Assembly: GCA_030390025.1 (NCBI GenBank)
Contig: CM059445.1
Location: 35,774,001 to 35,838,000 of the forward strand
DNA: 64,000 bases
DNA from: Squalus acanthias
Lineage: Eukaryota
Direction: 5' to 3'
Position 1 is the first letter of the stretch, and every line of letters starts with the position of its first letter. A program made the position numbers and the translations under genes. Positions 48,427 to 60,380 of the stretch are shown here, piece by piece. The notes below the pieces were generated by a model. It was not told the origin of the DNA. It searched no databases and saw nothing but the letters and a program-made list of their open reading frames with translations.

Positions 48427-49709
48427 ACTGATGGGATGCTAAATCGAGGCCTTGCTGTTTGTTCAGGGGGATGTCCATGGATCCCATGAACTATTCAAAG
48501 AAGTACAGGGAGTTCCTCCAGTGCCAACATTTATCCCTCAACCAACACCATCCAATCAGATCGACAGGTCATTTATCTGGTTCGTTGTTCGTGAGAGCTT
48601 GCTCTAATTGGCTGCCGTGTTTCCCTGCGCAACAGCAACTGCACTTCAGGAAGAAGTTGGCCGTGATGTGCTTTGGAACTTCCTGAGGACATGGAAGGTG
48701 CTGTATAAATGCAAGCTTGTTTGCTTATTAAATACTCTGAATTGATCTCGGGCTCAGTCACTCAGGAGCTCCATAAGGGCACCTTATTGTTCTCCCACAC
48801 CCATTCCACCACCGCGCATAACTAATGTCTCATTGCTGTTTGTGAGATTTTGCTGTGTACAAACTGACTGCTGTATCACGACAGTGACTAAACTTCAAAA
48901 GCACTGTGAAGAATTTTGGAACACCCTGAGTAGGTGAAAGACACTATTTAAAGCGTGAATCCTTTTTTTAATAAACTAATTAGTACCAATCTAGGTGTGA
49001 GAGACCCAAACAAACAAATCCCTCATTTTCTGAGAAATGCATATCATAGATTTCTTGTTAACCTGGATGACAATGTTTTTTTATATTTGCAAATAACCCA
49101 CCTGGAGTTCCAAGGGAACAAATTCCACTCAAGCATTTTAATTTGGCGATTGTTATCATTTTCGTTACATCTAATCTCTCCCCCCCCCCCCCCGCCCCCC
49201 GAGAAACATGTAATCTGTCCAACCTGACTTTCCAATAGCCAATTATAATTATTTTATGAAATGATATTCCAATTGAGAGACAGCCAAAGCCTTGAATTCT
49301 TCATCCCCACCCTGTTACCATAGAAGCTGACCTCCTCCCACCCCCACCCCCACCTGGGATGCCTGTTCACACATCATACTTCAGATAGCCTCCTATTATC
49401 TCTGAGTACCACCATGGGAGCTGAGCTAGTTTTAATATTTTTAAGATACTTCATTCATTATTTACTTATTTTTCTTTCTGTAGTTTCTAGATATTTTCTG
49501 GAACTGTCAAAAGACAGTCCATACCCGCTCATTGCTATCCTGGAGCACAAATAGATGCCAGAATTGTCTTCATACCCAGTGAGGAATCCAGCTATAGGTA
49601 GCTCCCCAGAGACACAATATTTTAGAATTAATGCCGTTTTCTGCTCTATAACCCACAGTTATCAGCTACCTTTTCCCTCATTAACTTCAATGCTCTTACT
49701 TGTTACCTT

Positions 49710-49975
49710 TATCCTGATTTTCTCCCATTACCCCTCCTTTCCTGAAGGTGCTGACTCATTTTGGGATACAGTATCATGGGTACCATCAGCTTTTGGGAGA
49801 TCTTCTTGTGTGACCTAGACAATGAGCCTATTCTATCATGGGGCCTATCAAAGTTCAATCCTGCCCTGACCTGGGACTTCTACACAGGTGCATATCCCCC
49901 AGGGGTCATTGGATAACAACCAGGAGCCAGAACCCCAGCTCATTTTAGCCTGAGAAACGCTGAGCCCAGCTGAGG
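49710..49975 (-). mobile_element. LF-SINE-like element
   Basis: CCTGAAGGTGCTGACTC..CCTAGACAATGAG..GGGGTCATTGGATA. Confidence 0.6.
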
Positions 49976-50561
49976 TTAGTTTGAATTAGGACAAAACGCA
50001 GCAGCCAATTCGTGCACACCAGATTCCACAAGCAGCGATTGGATGAATGACCAGTTAATCTTTTTATTGGTGGTGTTGCTTGAGGGAGGAATGAGGAGAT
50101 CGGGAGGACACCATGCTCTGCTTCAAATAGCCCCAAGAAATCTTTACTGTCCATCAGAACAGGCAGATGGGGACCATGTATAACAGCACCTTCAAAAATA
50201 CAGCAGCCCCTCAGTACAGAAATGGAGGCTCAGTTGGGATAAATGCTCAAGCCATGGAGTGGGATTTGAACCCATGATCTTCCAACTTTGAGGTGAGAGT
50301 GTTACCATTCAGAACTGAGCTGATGGCACACTAGGGGGCGAATTTAGCCTTTGAGCCACTGGAGGAACAAACACTTTTCTTTTTAGGAGCCTCCTGCAGA
50401 AGTGCCATTAAATGTAATAAGACTGGGATTTTCCGATCAGGATGGCCAATTTGTACTTGCCATTTTGCAAGATCCTTGCCCAGATTGTGTCACAAGCAGC
50501 TTCCCTTGGGTTGGGCATGTACAAAGTGCCCTCTGAAACAAGCAGATCTTCATTTACATAT

Positions 50562-50694
50562 TGTTCTCTGTCTATATATGCTTTGCTGATTTGTATTCCT
50601 TCACTTTACCTGACGAAGGAGCAGCGCTCCGAAAGCTCGTGATTTCAAATAAAACTGTTGGACTATAACCTGGTGTTGTGCGACTTCTCATTTT
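50562..50694 (+). mobile_element. Solo copy of hammerhead-bearing family B
   Basis: Matches the arm at 17799-17883; flanking direct repeat TTTACATAT (50553-50561, 50695-50703). Confidence 0.8.
50607..50641 (+). ncRNA. Minimal hammerhead ribozyme (family B)
   Basis: UAC-CUGACGA-A-GGAGC-AGC-GCUCC-GAAA-GCUC-GUG. Confidence 0.78.
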
Positions 50695-51273
50695 TTTACA
50701 TATGAGTTAGGAGGTGTGGATTTCCTACACTCCATTTCCTGACGTTTGGGAAACAGGACGTCCAGTTGCAATCACACCCATGTGAAGTGGGCATCCAGGG
50801 TTGCTAAGCAATGCTGAGTATATAGAAGGTCAAGGGAAGGACACCCTTACAGTAAATGTGGTTCAGCATTTCTTAACCATTTTCAGTATGATTTTCTGCT
50901 GGAATTTAGGTTCTCATCAGCCTTCGTGTCAATTGTTCAAATTCTTTTTGCCACCCCCCAAGTGCCAGTGCTAATGCGCCACTGGGCTTTCCAATGGGAA
51001 TTCTCCCATTTTAGGGGGTTTGGAGGAAGGGAATGAAAGGATGCCATGCAGGTCAGGTTGCATGAGAAGTGCTCTGTGTCCACCCACCAGTGCATGCGGA
51101 CCCGTGTCGGCAGGCAGAGGCCCCCAGGGACCCCTGCAGAGACCCTATTGTATGCACAGCATCCTGAAGCAAGCCCCTACCACCGGGTTTCTTTGAACGC
51201 CCCTCTGCTTGGGTACCCAACAGGCAAATGAGTAGCAAAGTGAGGCAGGAGGCCTCACCTACCTGCTTTTAGG

Positions 51274-51727
51274 TGCCAGCCTTGGCTCAGTGGCAGCACT
51301 CTCGCTTCCGAGTCGGAAGGTTGTGGGTTCACGTCTCCCTCCAGAGACCTGAGCACATAATCTCGGCTGACACTACAGTGTTGAGGGAGCGCTGCACTGT
51401 TGGAGGTGCCAACTTTCAGGTGAGACGTTAAACCAAGGCCCCGTCTGCTCAGGTGGACGTGAAAGATCCCATGGCACTATTTCGAAGAAGAGCAGGAGAG
51501 TTCTCCCCGGTGTCCTGGCCAATATTTATCCCTCAACCAACATCGCAAAAACAGATTATCTGGTCATTATCACATTGCTGTATGTGGGAGCTGGCTGAGT
51601 GCAATTTTGTTGCCGCGTTTCCTACATTACAACAGTGAATACACTTCAAAAGTACTTTATTGACTGTAAAGCGCTTTGGGACGTCCTGCGGTTGCGAAAG
51701 GCGCTATAGAAATGCAAGTTCTTTCTT
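51274..51727 (+). mobile_element. Deu-domain SINE, full length
   Basis: Family match. Confidence 0.9.
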
Positions 51728-52699
51728 TTTTTTATGCTGGCGCAGCTGCAGTGACGAGAATTTAGGGAAAGTCATGGAATCCCAGGGCAGTATTGTGGGG
51801 CAGATACGTGACCTAAAGGATCTCCAACCCCATTTACTTTTCGCTGCGCCTGGGAACTGAACATTCCCCAAACGCAAAGAGGAGGAAAATCTCCACTCAC
51901 ACTTCCACTCATGTCAGTGCAGAACCTGTTTCTAACCTTCCGGGTGTAAACTGCACTCATACTGAAAACCCGAGGCTGGGAGCACAAATTTACACTTCCT
52001 TGGGAGTTAGCGATTTTGTATTCTGGGTGGAAATGCACTAGCAGCCAAGCTAGAAATTGCTTCTTATAATTTTTTGCACGTTATTCCTATTTTCTCCCCT
52101 TCTCTTCCAGGTTTCCGTGTGCCACAGACCAGAGGTTTAGCAGAAAGGATAAGGAGCTACCTGCACCCAGCTGTCTGCCAATCCCACACTGCAAACAGAA
52201 ACCAGCTCACTGGATGATACACAATGGCACAGGGTGATTTATGTGATGTTTGGTTCGCAAGATCAGACGTCAACAAACCTTGAAAGACTTTGAACGAGTC
52301 GCTAATCAGATCTGCTGACACAAAATTGCGGTTTTCATTTTGCACAATGTTGACAAGTCACAGTCATTAAACTCATTATCGCTGTTTAATGATTCTCTAA
52401 CTGGTGACTGCACTAACCTCAGGGCACTGCAAACAAATAGTCACATTCACTGAAGGGTAATTCTGCTAACCTGTGACCACACTAACTAATGACCGCTATA
52501 ACTGATGTGTTCTGCTGACCAGTGAATACACCTAGTGGATGGTTCCCCTAACTAGTGGTCAAACTGACCAAAGATTCACTCAGTAGAGTGAGAGTGCTAC
52601 CAACTGAGCCAAGCTGACAGTCCTGGTTTTATACCCATGTGTTGAGCTGGCTGACCTTCGCCAGGGGTGGTCTCCGTGTCTCTAGACCAGAAGTGTCCC

Positions 52700-53525
52700 T
52701 GTGCTCCCAGTCCAGCAACTCCTCGATTTTAAAATTCTTATCCTTATGTTCAAATCACTCCATGGCCTCACCCCTCCTTATCCCTGTAACCTCCTACAGC
52801 CCTACAACCCTCCGAAAAGCTCTGTTCCTCTAATTCGGGCCTCTTGTGTGTCCCTGATTTCCTTTGCCCCTCCCGCCTTCAGCTATCCAGACCTTAAGCT
52901 CTGGAATTCCCTTCCTAAACCTCTCTGTCTCTCTACCTCTCTCTCCTCCTTTAAGTCGCTCCTCAGCTGTGGCTCAGTGGGTAGCACCCTCGCCTCTGAG
53001 TCAGAAGGTTGTGGGTTCATAGTCCCACTCCAGGGACTTGCGCACATAAAGCTAGGCTGACACTCCAGTGCAGTGCTGAGGGAGCGCTGCACTGTTGGAG
53101 GTGCCGTCTTTTGGATGAGACGTTAAACCGAGGCCCCGTCTGCTTTCTCAGGTGGACGTAAGAAGAGCAGGGGGAGTTATCCCCGGTGTCCTGGCCAATA
53201 TTTCTCCCTCAATCAAAAAAACAGATTATCTGGTCATTTTCACATTGCTGTTTGTGGGAGCTTGCTGTGTGCAAATTGGCTCCTGCATTTCCCACATTAC
53301 AACAGTGACTACACTTCAAAAGTACTTCATTGACTGTGAGGCGCTTTGAGACGTCCGGTGGTCGTGAAAGGCGCTATATAAATGCAAGTCTTTCTTTTCT
53401 TTAAACCCTACCTCTTTGATCCAACTTTCACCTGTCCTAATATCTCCTTATGTGGCTTGGTGTCAATTTTTGTCTGATATCGTTCCTGTGAAGCGCCTTG
53501 GGACGTTTTACTGCGTTATAGGTGC
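52700..53525 (+). mobile_element. L2-like 3' end interrupted by a full Deu-SINE (52963-53400)
   Basis: DFKILILMFKSLHGL..LKLWNSLPK; L2 sequence resumes at ~53401. Confidence 0.85.
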
Positions 53526-53719
53526 GATACCCCAACAATACGAGGCTTGCAGCTCGGACAACCCGCTCCTATTGGCACTTACATTTCTTTTTTGCCGGTT
53601 CATCCTGCTTAAATCGTGCGGGCTAGGAGGTGTGGAACGGGCTGCTAGTAACATGGCCTTATTAGTGAATAAATTCTAAATCAGAACACCAAGATCTGTT
53701 AGCCTCGGCAGCTTGAGCT

Positions 53720-54016
53720 GTATGTAAGAGGTCATAGATATGAGGTTAAATGTAAGAGATTTAGAACAGAGAGCGGGAGAAGCTTCTTCGCACAGAGTTG
53801 TGAGGCGGTGGAATTCACCTGCAGGGTTAGTAGTTGAGGCAGAAACTATATCAACATTCAGTATTAGATTGGGCAGGTGGATGAAGGTAAATAGGTTGAT
53901 GGGATAAGGAAACAGGGCGGGTAAATGTGATTAGAACTATTTGCTCGCATAGAGGGTAAACACCGACATGGACTGGTTGGGCCGAATAGCCTGTTGCTTT
54001 GTTGAAACCTCTATGT
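53720..54016 (+). mobile_element. Old CR1-like LINE 3' end
   Basis: Degenerate FF.QRVV..WNS region and GGGCCGAATAGCCTG UTR. Confidence 0.65.
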
Positions 54017-55449
54017 GAGTTAAACTTTATATGTGAACATTGAGGTTCCATCAATGTGGCCCATGAAGACAGAAAGCCCTAGGTAACAGGAGGGGGCGGG
54101 CGGGGAGAAATCATGCTGACCAGTGTCCAGGAGCTCCTGCTGGGCCGTGTGCACATGGGGCGGGGGGGGGGGGGGAGAACCGTGATTGGGGCTCAGCTGT
54201 GATGATCTCCAGGGCTGAACAGCCCTTTGACTAGGCTGACGAACGAAGAAAAGCCGATCGGACAAGGGTGTGCCTGGTGCCTGCGGAAACTGCGCGCCAA
54301 GAAGACTGGGGGAAACTGAAATGGCGGCGAGCACTGTGCCTGGACTAAGAGTCGGTGTTTAACAGGCGGTTCCTCTCTCGGGGACTCTGCTGAATGTGAA
54401 TGAGGAATTGACGGCTCGCCAGCAGATTATGCACTCAACAGGAGTCCGAGGATGTCTCATCCGATTACTTGCTTCGCAGGTGGCAGGGCGGAAGGTGTGG
54501 AGGAGGAGATGGGGGCTACCCCACCGCCCCCCAACCAACAGGTTGATGCTTCCGACAGGAGCAGACAAATTCCAAATCCAGAAATCTGAAATGTCAAGCC
54601 ACCCTTTGATGAAACTCTTTCAGGAGTGAACTTTTACCCTGACATTTCCTTTTATGCGCCTCAGCGCAGCCATCGACTTTCAAATGCAAAATACACACAG
54701 GCTTCTTTGAACCGAAAGGCCTAGTGACATTGTTTATTTCTCCCCCCACTGCAGCAGAACTAATTAGAAGGAGAGGCACGTTCCAGCTCAGTCAAGGGCC
54801 TGGGTTGGAATCTTTTATAGAAATCAGAGAGCAAGGTGACAATCTCCTGCATTTTTTTTTTTTAAAAACATTTTTTTCTCTTGTATTATGCCTTTAATTA
54901 TTCTCGCTGGGTGGGCAGAACAGGCCTTTGATTGCACTTTTGATTTCTGATAATGCCTTTCGGCTCAAGTCTCATCAGATACATCTCTCCTTTTCACCTC
55001 TCCTGTTTAAATGAGGATTGAGAGAATTGGCTATTGCAGTGGCCCTGCTCGTACGTGCGCCCGTGTGTGTGTGTGTGTGTGCCTGTTCATTTATTGCTGT
55101 ATTTATATCACGGCACCGTTGCCCGTGGCAGCCCTGACTTCACTGCCGGCGCTGTAATATAAATGAAGCGATGAAGACACACAGTGCGAGCTGCAGCGAA
55201 CAATCAGCGGTGCGAGCCACAGGCTGCCATTTCTCCTAGTTGTTTGTATCCGTTCATTTTTTTTTACCTCGCTGGCCCATATCAACGCAGGGAATAGCCA
55301 GAAAATTAAAAACACAATCCTACACGCCTCTTCAATAACTGTACATGCCTTAGCGTCTGCTGGAACCATTTCCACAACACAAGCTGCCCACATGTGCCTC
55401 TATTTATTCGTTTTTCTGTACGCCTAACTGTATGTTCTGAGTCTATCTG

Positions 55450-56478
55450 TGTGCCGTGCCTGCATCTATTTGCTTGTATTTCTGTGTGTCTTTCTGTGTG
55501 TGTGTGTGTTTGTATTTGCCTCTATTTCTGTGTCTTTCCGTGTGTATTTGCCTATATTTCTGTGTGTCTTTTTGTGTTTGTGTGTGTATTTGGTGTGTTT
55601 CTGTGTGTCTTTCTATCTGTGTGTGTCTATTTGCTTGTATTTGTGTGTGTGTGTGTGTGTGTATTTGCCTATATTTCTGTGTGTCTTTTTGTGTTTGTGT
55701 GTGTATTTGGTGTGTTTCTGTGTGTCTTTCTATCTGTGTGTGTCTATTTGCTTGTATTTGTGTGTGTGTGTGTGTGTGTATTTGCCTATATTTCTGTGTG
55801 TCTTTTTGTGTTTGTGTGTGTATTTGGTGTGTTTCTGTGTGTCTTTCTATGTGTGTGTGTCTATTTGCTTGTATTTGTGTGTGTGTGTGTATTTGCCTAT
55901 ATTTCTGTGTGTCTTTTTGTGTGTATTTGGTGTGTTTCTGTGTGTCTTTCTATGTGTGTGTGTCTATTTGCTTGTATTTGTGTGTGTGTGTGTGCGTATT
56001 TGCCTATTGTCGAATTATTGTATGGGGATGTTGCACTTTTTCAAGAAGGCTTTGAGGGTGTCCTTGAAGCGTTTCCTCTGCCCACCTGGGGCTCTCTTGG
56101 CGTGTCGGAGCTCCTGGGACTCCCTGGCCCAAGACCGCACAAAGTGGAGGAGAAGCATCCGGGAAGGCGCCGAACACCTCGAGTCTCTTCGCCGGGAGCA
56201 AGCGGAAGCCAAGCGCAAGCAGCGCAAGGAGCGCACGTCAACCCAAGCACCCCACCCACCCGCCCCTTCAACCACCGTCTGCCCCTCCTGTGACAGTGAC
56301 TGTAGGTCCCGCATTGGACTCATCAGTCACTTGAGAACTCAGTCTGAGGGACTGCCTAAGAAGAAGAAAAGTATTTGCCTATATTTCTGTGGGTCTTTCT
56401 GTGTTTGTGCGTGTATTTCGTGTGTTTCTGTGTGTCTTTCTATGTGTGTGTGTCTATTTGCCTGTATTTTTGTGTGCC
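55450..56478. repeat. GT-rich higher-order minisatellite, period 107-117 bp
   Basis: GTATTTGCCTAT unit starts at 55544, 55661, 55778, 55889 and 55996. Confidence 0.92.
56008..56370 (+). mobile_element. RTE-clade LINE 3' end with inverted 5' segment
   Basis: Plus strand: SWDSLAQDRTKWRR..CPSCDSDCRSRIGLISHLRT and an (AAG)n tail. Minus strand 56022-56113: ELRHAKRAPGGQRKRFKDTLK..CNIP. TSD GTATTTGCCTAT. Confidence 0.85.
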
Positions 56479-56759
56479 CTTCTGGATTGGCATCGATTCT
56501 ATAGTATAAATAAATCCTGGAAACACACCAGTGGTGGGATGCTATGGTGAAGGCGGGGTGGGGCAGGGAGGGAATGACTCCTGTCCATAACTTTAGCAAA
56601 AACGTTGGTATGAGTTCAAAATGAGGTTATCTGTTTTGTACTCACATTGACTTTTTCAGTAAAATTATCACCACAAGCAGGTTCATGCCCTAGATAGTTG
56701 TTGGGTTTCAACTGTGGCGGCAGAAATTTAGGATTGGTACTTAAAGTAAAATCCGCGAA

Positions 56760-56995
56760 AACTTGCATTTATATAGCTCCTACAATGTAGAAAAACATCC
56801 CGAGGTACCTCACAGAGGCGTAATCAGAAAATAATGGATGCTGAGCCAAAGAAGGAGATATTAGGAGGGAGGACCAAAAGCTTGGTCAAGGAGGTAGGTT
56901 TTAAGGGGGTTCTTATAGGAGGAGAGAGAGGAAGAGTGGCGGAGAGGTTTAGGGAGGGATTTCCAAAACGTGGGGCCTAGACGGCTGAAGGCAAA
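56760..56995 (-). mobile_element. L2-like LINE 3' end
   Basis: Family match to 30485-30840. Confidence 0.75.
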
Positions 56996-57324
56996 ATGAT
57001 GAAATTTTTCACTGCAAGTTATTTGAATATGGAAAGCATTACCTCAGGTTGCTTTTGAAACCGAGTCAATCACTGCAATTAAGATGAAAAATTATGAAGG
57101 TTTGAGGAAAGAGCAGGGAAATGGGGTTAGAGTAGAGCGTTCCAATTCCAGTTCCCAGCACGTATCGCTGTGCTGAATACACTGATGTATCTATGATGCA
57201 AAAGGTAGTAGCCGTTTGATTTTCTACCTTCAGGTACACACCACAAGAATGGCCTGGAAACACACCTGTTATCCTCACCTCCTTGTGGAGAAGGTCATCT
57301 AAACCATATTATACGTGACCTGAG

Positions 57325-57600
57325 AGTGCCTAATGGAACACTGTAGTGGACTTCACCCTACATCAAGCCCATGCCAGTCCCAACCTAAAATTGTTGTTAA
57401 TTTGTCGCCCATGAGGGAGCTTTACTCTGCATCTAACTCATACCATATCTGACGTGGGAGTACTTGATAGAACAGTGCAGATGGAGCTTTACTATCTATC
57501 TAACCCGTGCTGCACCTGCTCTGGGAGTGCTTGATGGAGCAGTGTAGAGGGAACTTTACTCTCTATCTAAAACATGCAGTACCTGACCTGGGAGCTGATG
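57325..57600. repeat. Degenerate ~63-65-bp tandem repeat (GGAGCTTTACTCT..ATCTAAC..CCTG..GGGAGT)
   Basis: Three to four diverged units. Confidence 0.65.
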
Positions 57601-57769
57601 CTGATACGGGGTCAAAAGTAGAAGATTGTTTCATTGCCAGAATTAACCTTGATGAGCACAAAAATTAACTTGAAGCTGTCCTGTGAACGTAACATTTGGA
57701 AACAACACTCCTACATCTTTTGTGTGGGTAAAGACCCAGGAAACAATGATTGCCCATTATGTGGTATTA

Positions 57770-58150
57770 GTTGAGCACATAAGCTGACACCTCAGTGCAG
57801 TATTGAGGGAGTTCTACACTGTCGGAGGTGCCGTCATTCAGATGAGATGTTAAACCAAAACCCCATCTGCCTGTTTATTTGGCCTTAAAAGATCCCATGG
57901 GACTACTCAAAGAAGAGCATGGAGCTCTCCCGGTGTCTCTGCATTCATTCATTTCTCAACCAACACCACCAAAACATAGTGACTGGTCATTTATCTCATT
58001 TACTCTTTGTGGGACCTTGCTATGCTCAAATTGACTGCCTCATTTGCCCATACAACAACAGTGACTGCACTTCAAAAGCAATTCATTGGCTGTGAAGCGC
58101 TTTGGGACATCTCGAGGATGTAAAAGGCACTATATAAATTCTTTCTTTCT
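57770..58150 (+). mobile_element. Deu-domain SINE (diverged)
   Basis: Family match. Confidence 0.8.
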
Positions 58151-58999
58151 TGGAGCCCAGTACATGTTACACTGTAAGGGTAGCATTGTCTCAATCTGAC
58201 TGCAGCACCAAGACATCATTAGCACTCACTGGGTCTGTTGGATTGGCTGTGGTTAAGCTAGGATGAGACTCAGAAAATAACTCCTTGCTATTAGAATGAT
58301 TGGATGATTTAATTCTGAAACACTTCCAGTAATCAATAAGATAGTTGATTCGGGAGTGGTTCTCGAGAGCTGCATTATCATTCATTAGTAATGATTAAAT
58401 CACCTCAGCTACCAAAGCAAAATTGTTTATTGTGAAAGTGTTGTGTAATCTGGTTCAAAATAAGCTTTTATTGGTAGGAAGGTAAGGGGTTAGTTTTTTC
58501 ATTCTTACTTACTTTCTTGAGATTCTCTGCTTCAGACATGACCCTAGGCTGCTCCCAGACCCCGCCTAATCCTACTCTATAGTTGCCCATCAGGGATTTC
58601 AGTGAAAGTCGCCCTAGGGTAACTTTGCTTCTCAGATTTCTCTTCCTCCCTTCAGGGAAACAGTTGGCTTCCAATCTGCCCCTGTCCTGCCTGCCTCGGC
58701 TCTCCTGATCTTTCGCGATCTTTCCATGTGGGGAATTAAAAGCTCATCCCTCCCCCTCTGTGACTCAGCACACTGGGATTGCAATAAGTCAAGGCAGCAT
58801 CGCTCGCCAACTGGAATCTCACCCACAGATAAATGTGATGAAGCAGCCACATTCTGAAATTTGTTCCCAAGTAAAGATATCGGAAGTGTTAACCATTATG
58901 GGGGAAGATTTCCTCTGGAAACAGGGCACCGCTAGCGAGGGATGGGGCTTGCAAGGATGCTGGTCAGGAAGTTGTAGGCCTGAAACTCGTGATACGAAC

Positions 59000-59850
59000 G
59001 TATGACAATGACTCACAGATAGGAAAAGACCCATCCATGCTGTCCCACACAACTACGATGCCTTGAGTGTCACAATACCTATACTCCTCATCCCACCCGA
59101 AAGCCATGTAATCATGAGGCAAAAAAACAGATAAAAAGTAAGACTTGCATTTATATAAAGCCTTTCATGACCTCAGGATGTTCCAAAGCGTTTTACAACC
59201 AATGAAGCACTTTTGAAGTGTAGTCACTGTTGTAATGTGGGAAAAACACAGGTCAATTAGGGGAAACAATCTGGAACGTCCTCTCCGATCCCCTAAAGGT
59301 GATTTAAAACTATTCCAGGAGAACACTCTGGCTCTGATTATACTTATACATTTTGTACCATTTGTAGGAGGTGATCTCCTCCCCAGCCAGAAACCGGTCC
59401 AGCTCTCGCTTGAAGGAATTCAGCGAATCAGGATTTACTGCATGAGGTGGCAGCCTGTTCCACAGGTCCACTATTCTCTGGGAAAAGAACCATCTCTTAA
59501 TATCTAACCTAATTCTGGCCTTACATAATTTGAGATTGTGACCCCTGGTACCCCTTAACCTATTTAGTTGAAACAAACTGTCTACACAAACACAATCTAT
59601 TCCCTTCATCATCTCGATCAAATCACCCTTGAGTTAACACATCTCTAAAGTTTAGAGTCCCAATTCTTTGAGCCTATCTTGGTAACCTAGATGCTTTAAA
59701 TTGGGTATTAATCTTACACCCTTTCCAAAGCCTCAATATCACCTCAATATCAATATTCTGACCTATGTTTCCTTCAAGCACGCTCCTCACTGGGAGAACT
59801 TGATTGCACAATCATCCCTTATTACTGACATCAAAGAAGTATTTGACAAT
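59000..59850 (-). mobile_element. Old CR1-like LINE fragment with a SINE tail inserted (~59140-59245)
   Basis: TRGHNLKL..FFSQRIVDLWNRLP..FKRELDRFL. Confidence 0.75.
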
Positions 59851-60380
59851 CTTCCTGCTAGGTTTACGATGTCACTGACCCGTAATGACCAGAGGAAATC
59901 TTCTCCCAGAACAGCAACTTGTATTTCTAAAGCACTCCTCATGCACAAAGCCATTGTCTCAGGGCGTGCTTTACACAGTGACGCACAAAGTGAGTTAACA
60001 CTGAACAAGAAATGGAAGAAAAGGTGGGGAGGGAAGGGAAGACAGTCAGAGGGTCTTCAAGGGAGAAGGGAGGGAGGTGACCAGGTGGAGGCATTAAGCG
60101 AGGGTTTCAGAGGGCGGAGTCATTGTGGCTGGAGAAGCATCGGCTGATGGTGAAGATGATGAGAGGCTGAGAAGAGAGAGTGCAGCCAGGAACATGCGAC
60201 TAGAGGAGGCTGTTGAAGACGGGTGCGGCGAGGCCATGTAGTGATTTGTTTCCAGCACCAATAACAAGTCTTAATAATTTAACAAAACATTCAACTGATG
60301 TCAAAGCTCGTGTGGTCCGGTTACAGTGCTGGGATTGTTACATCCGGTGCTGTGCTCACAACTTTTAAAATGATTATTAA

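Noticed and set aside
52385-52575. Faint CTAACT-containing periodicity
   Set aside because: Too degenerate to define a unit by eye.
55394-56504. Long Cys/Val-rich ORFs (299, 351 and 199 aa)
   Set aside because: Translation artefacts of the GT-rich minisatellite plus the RTE fragment.
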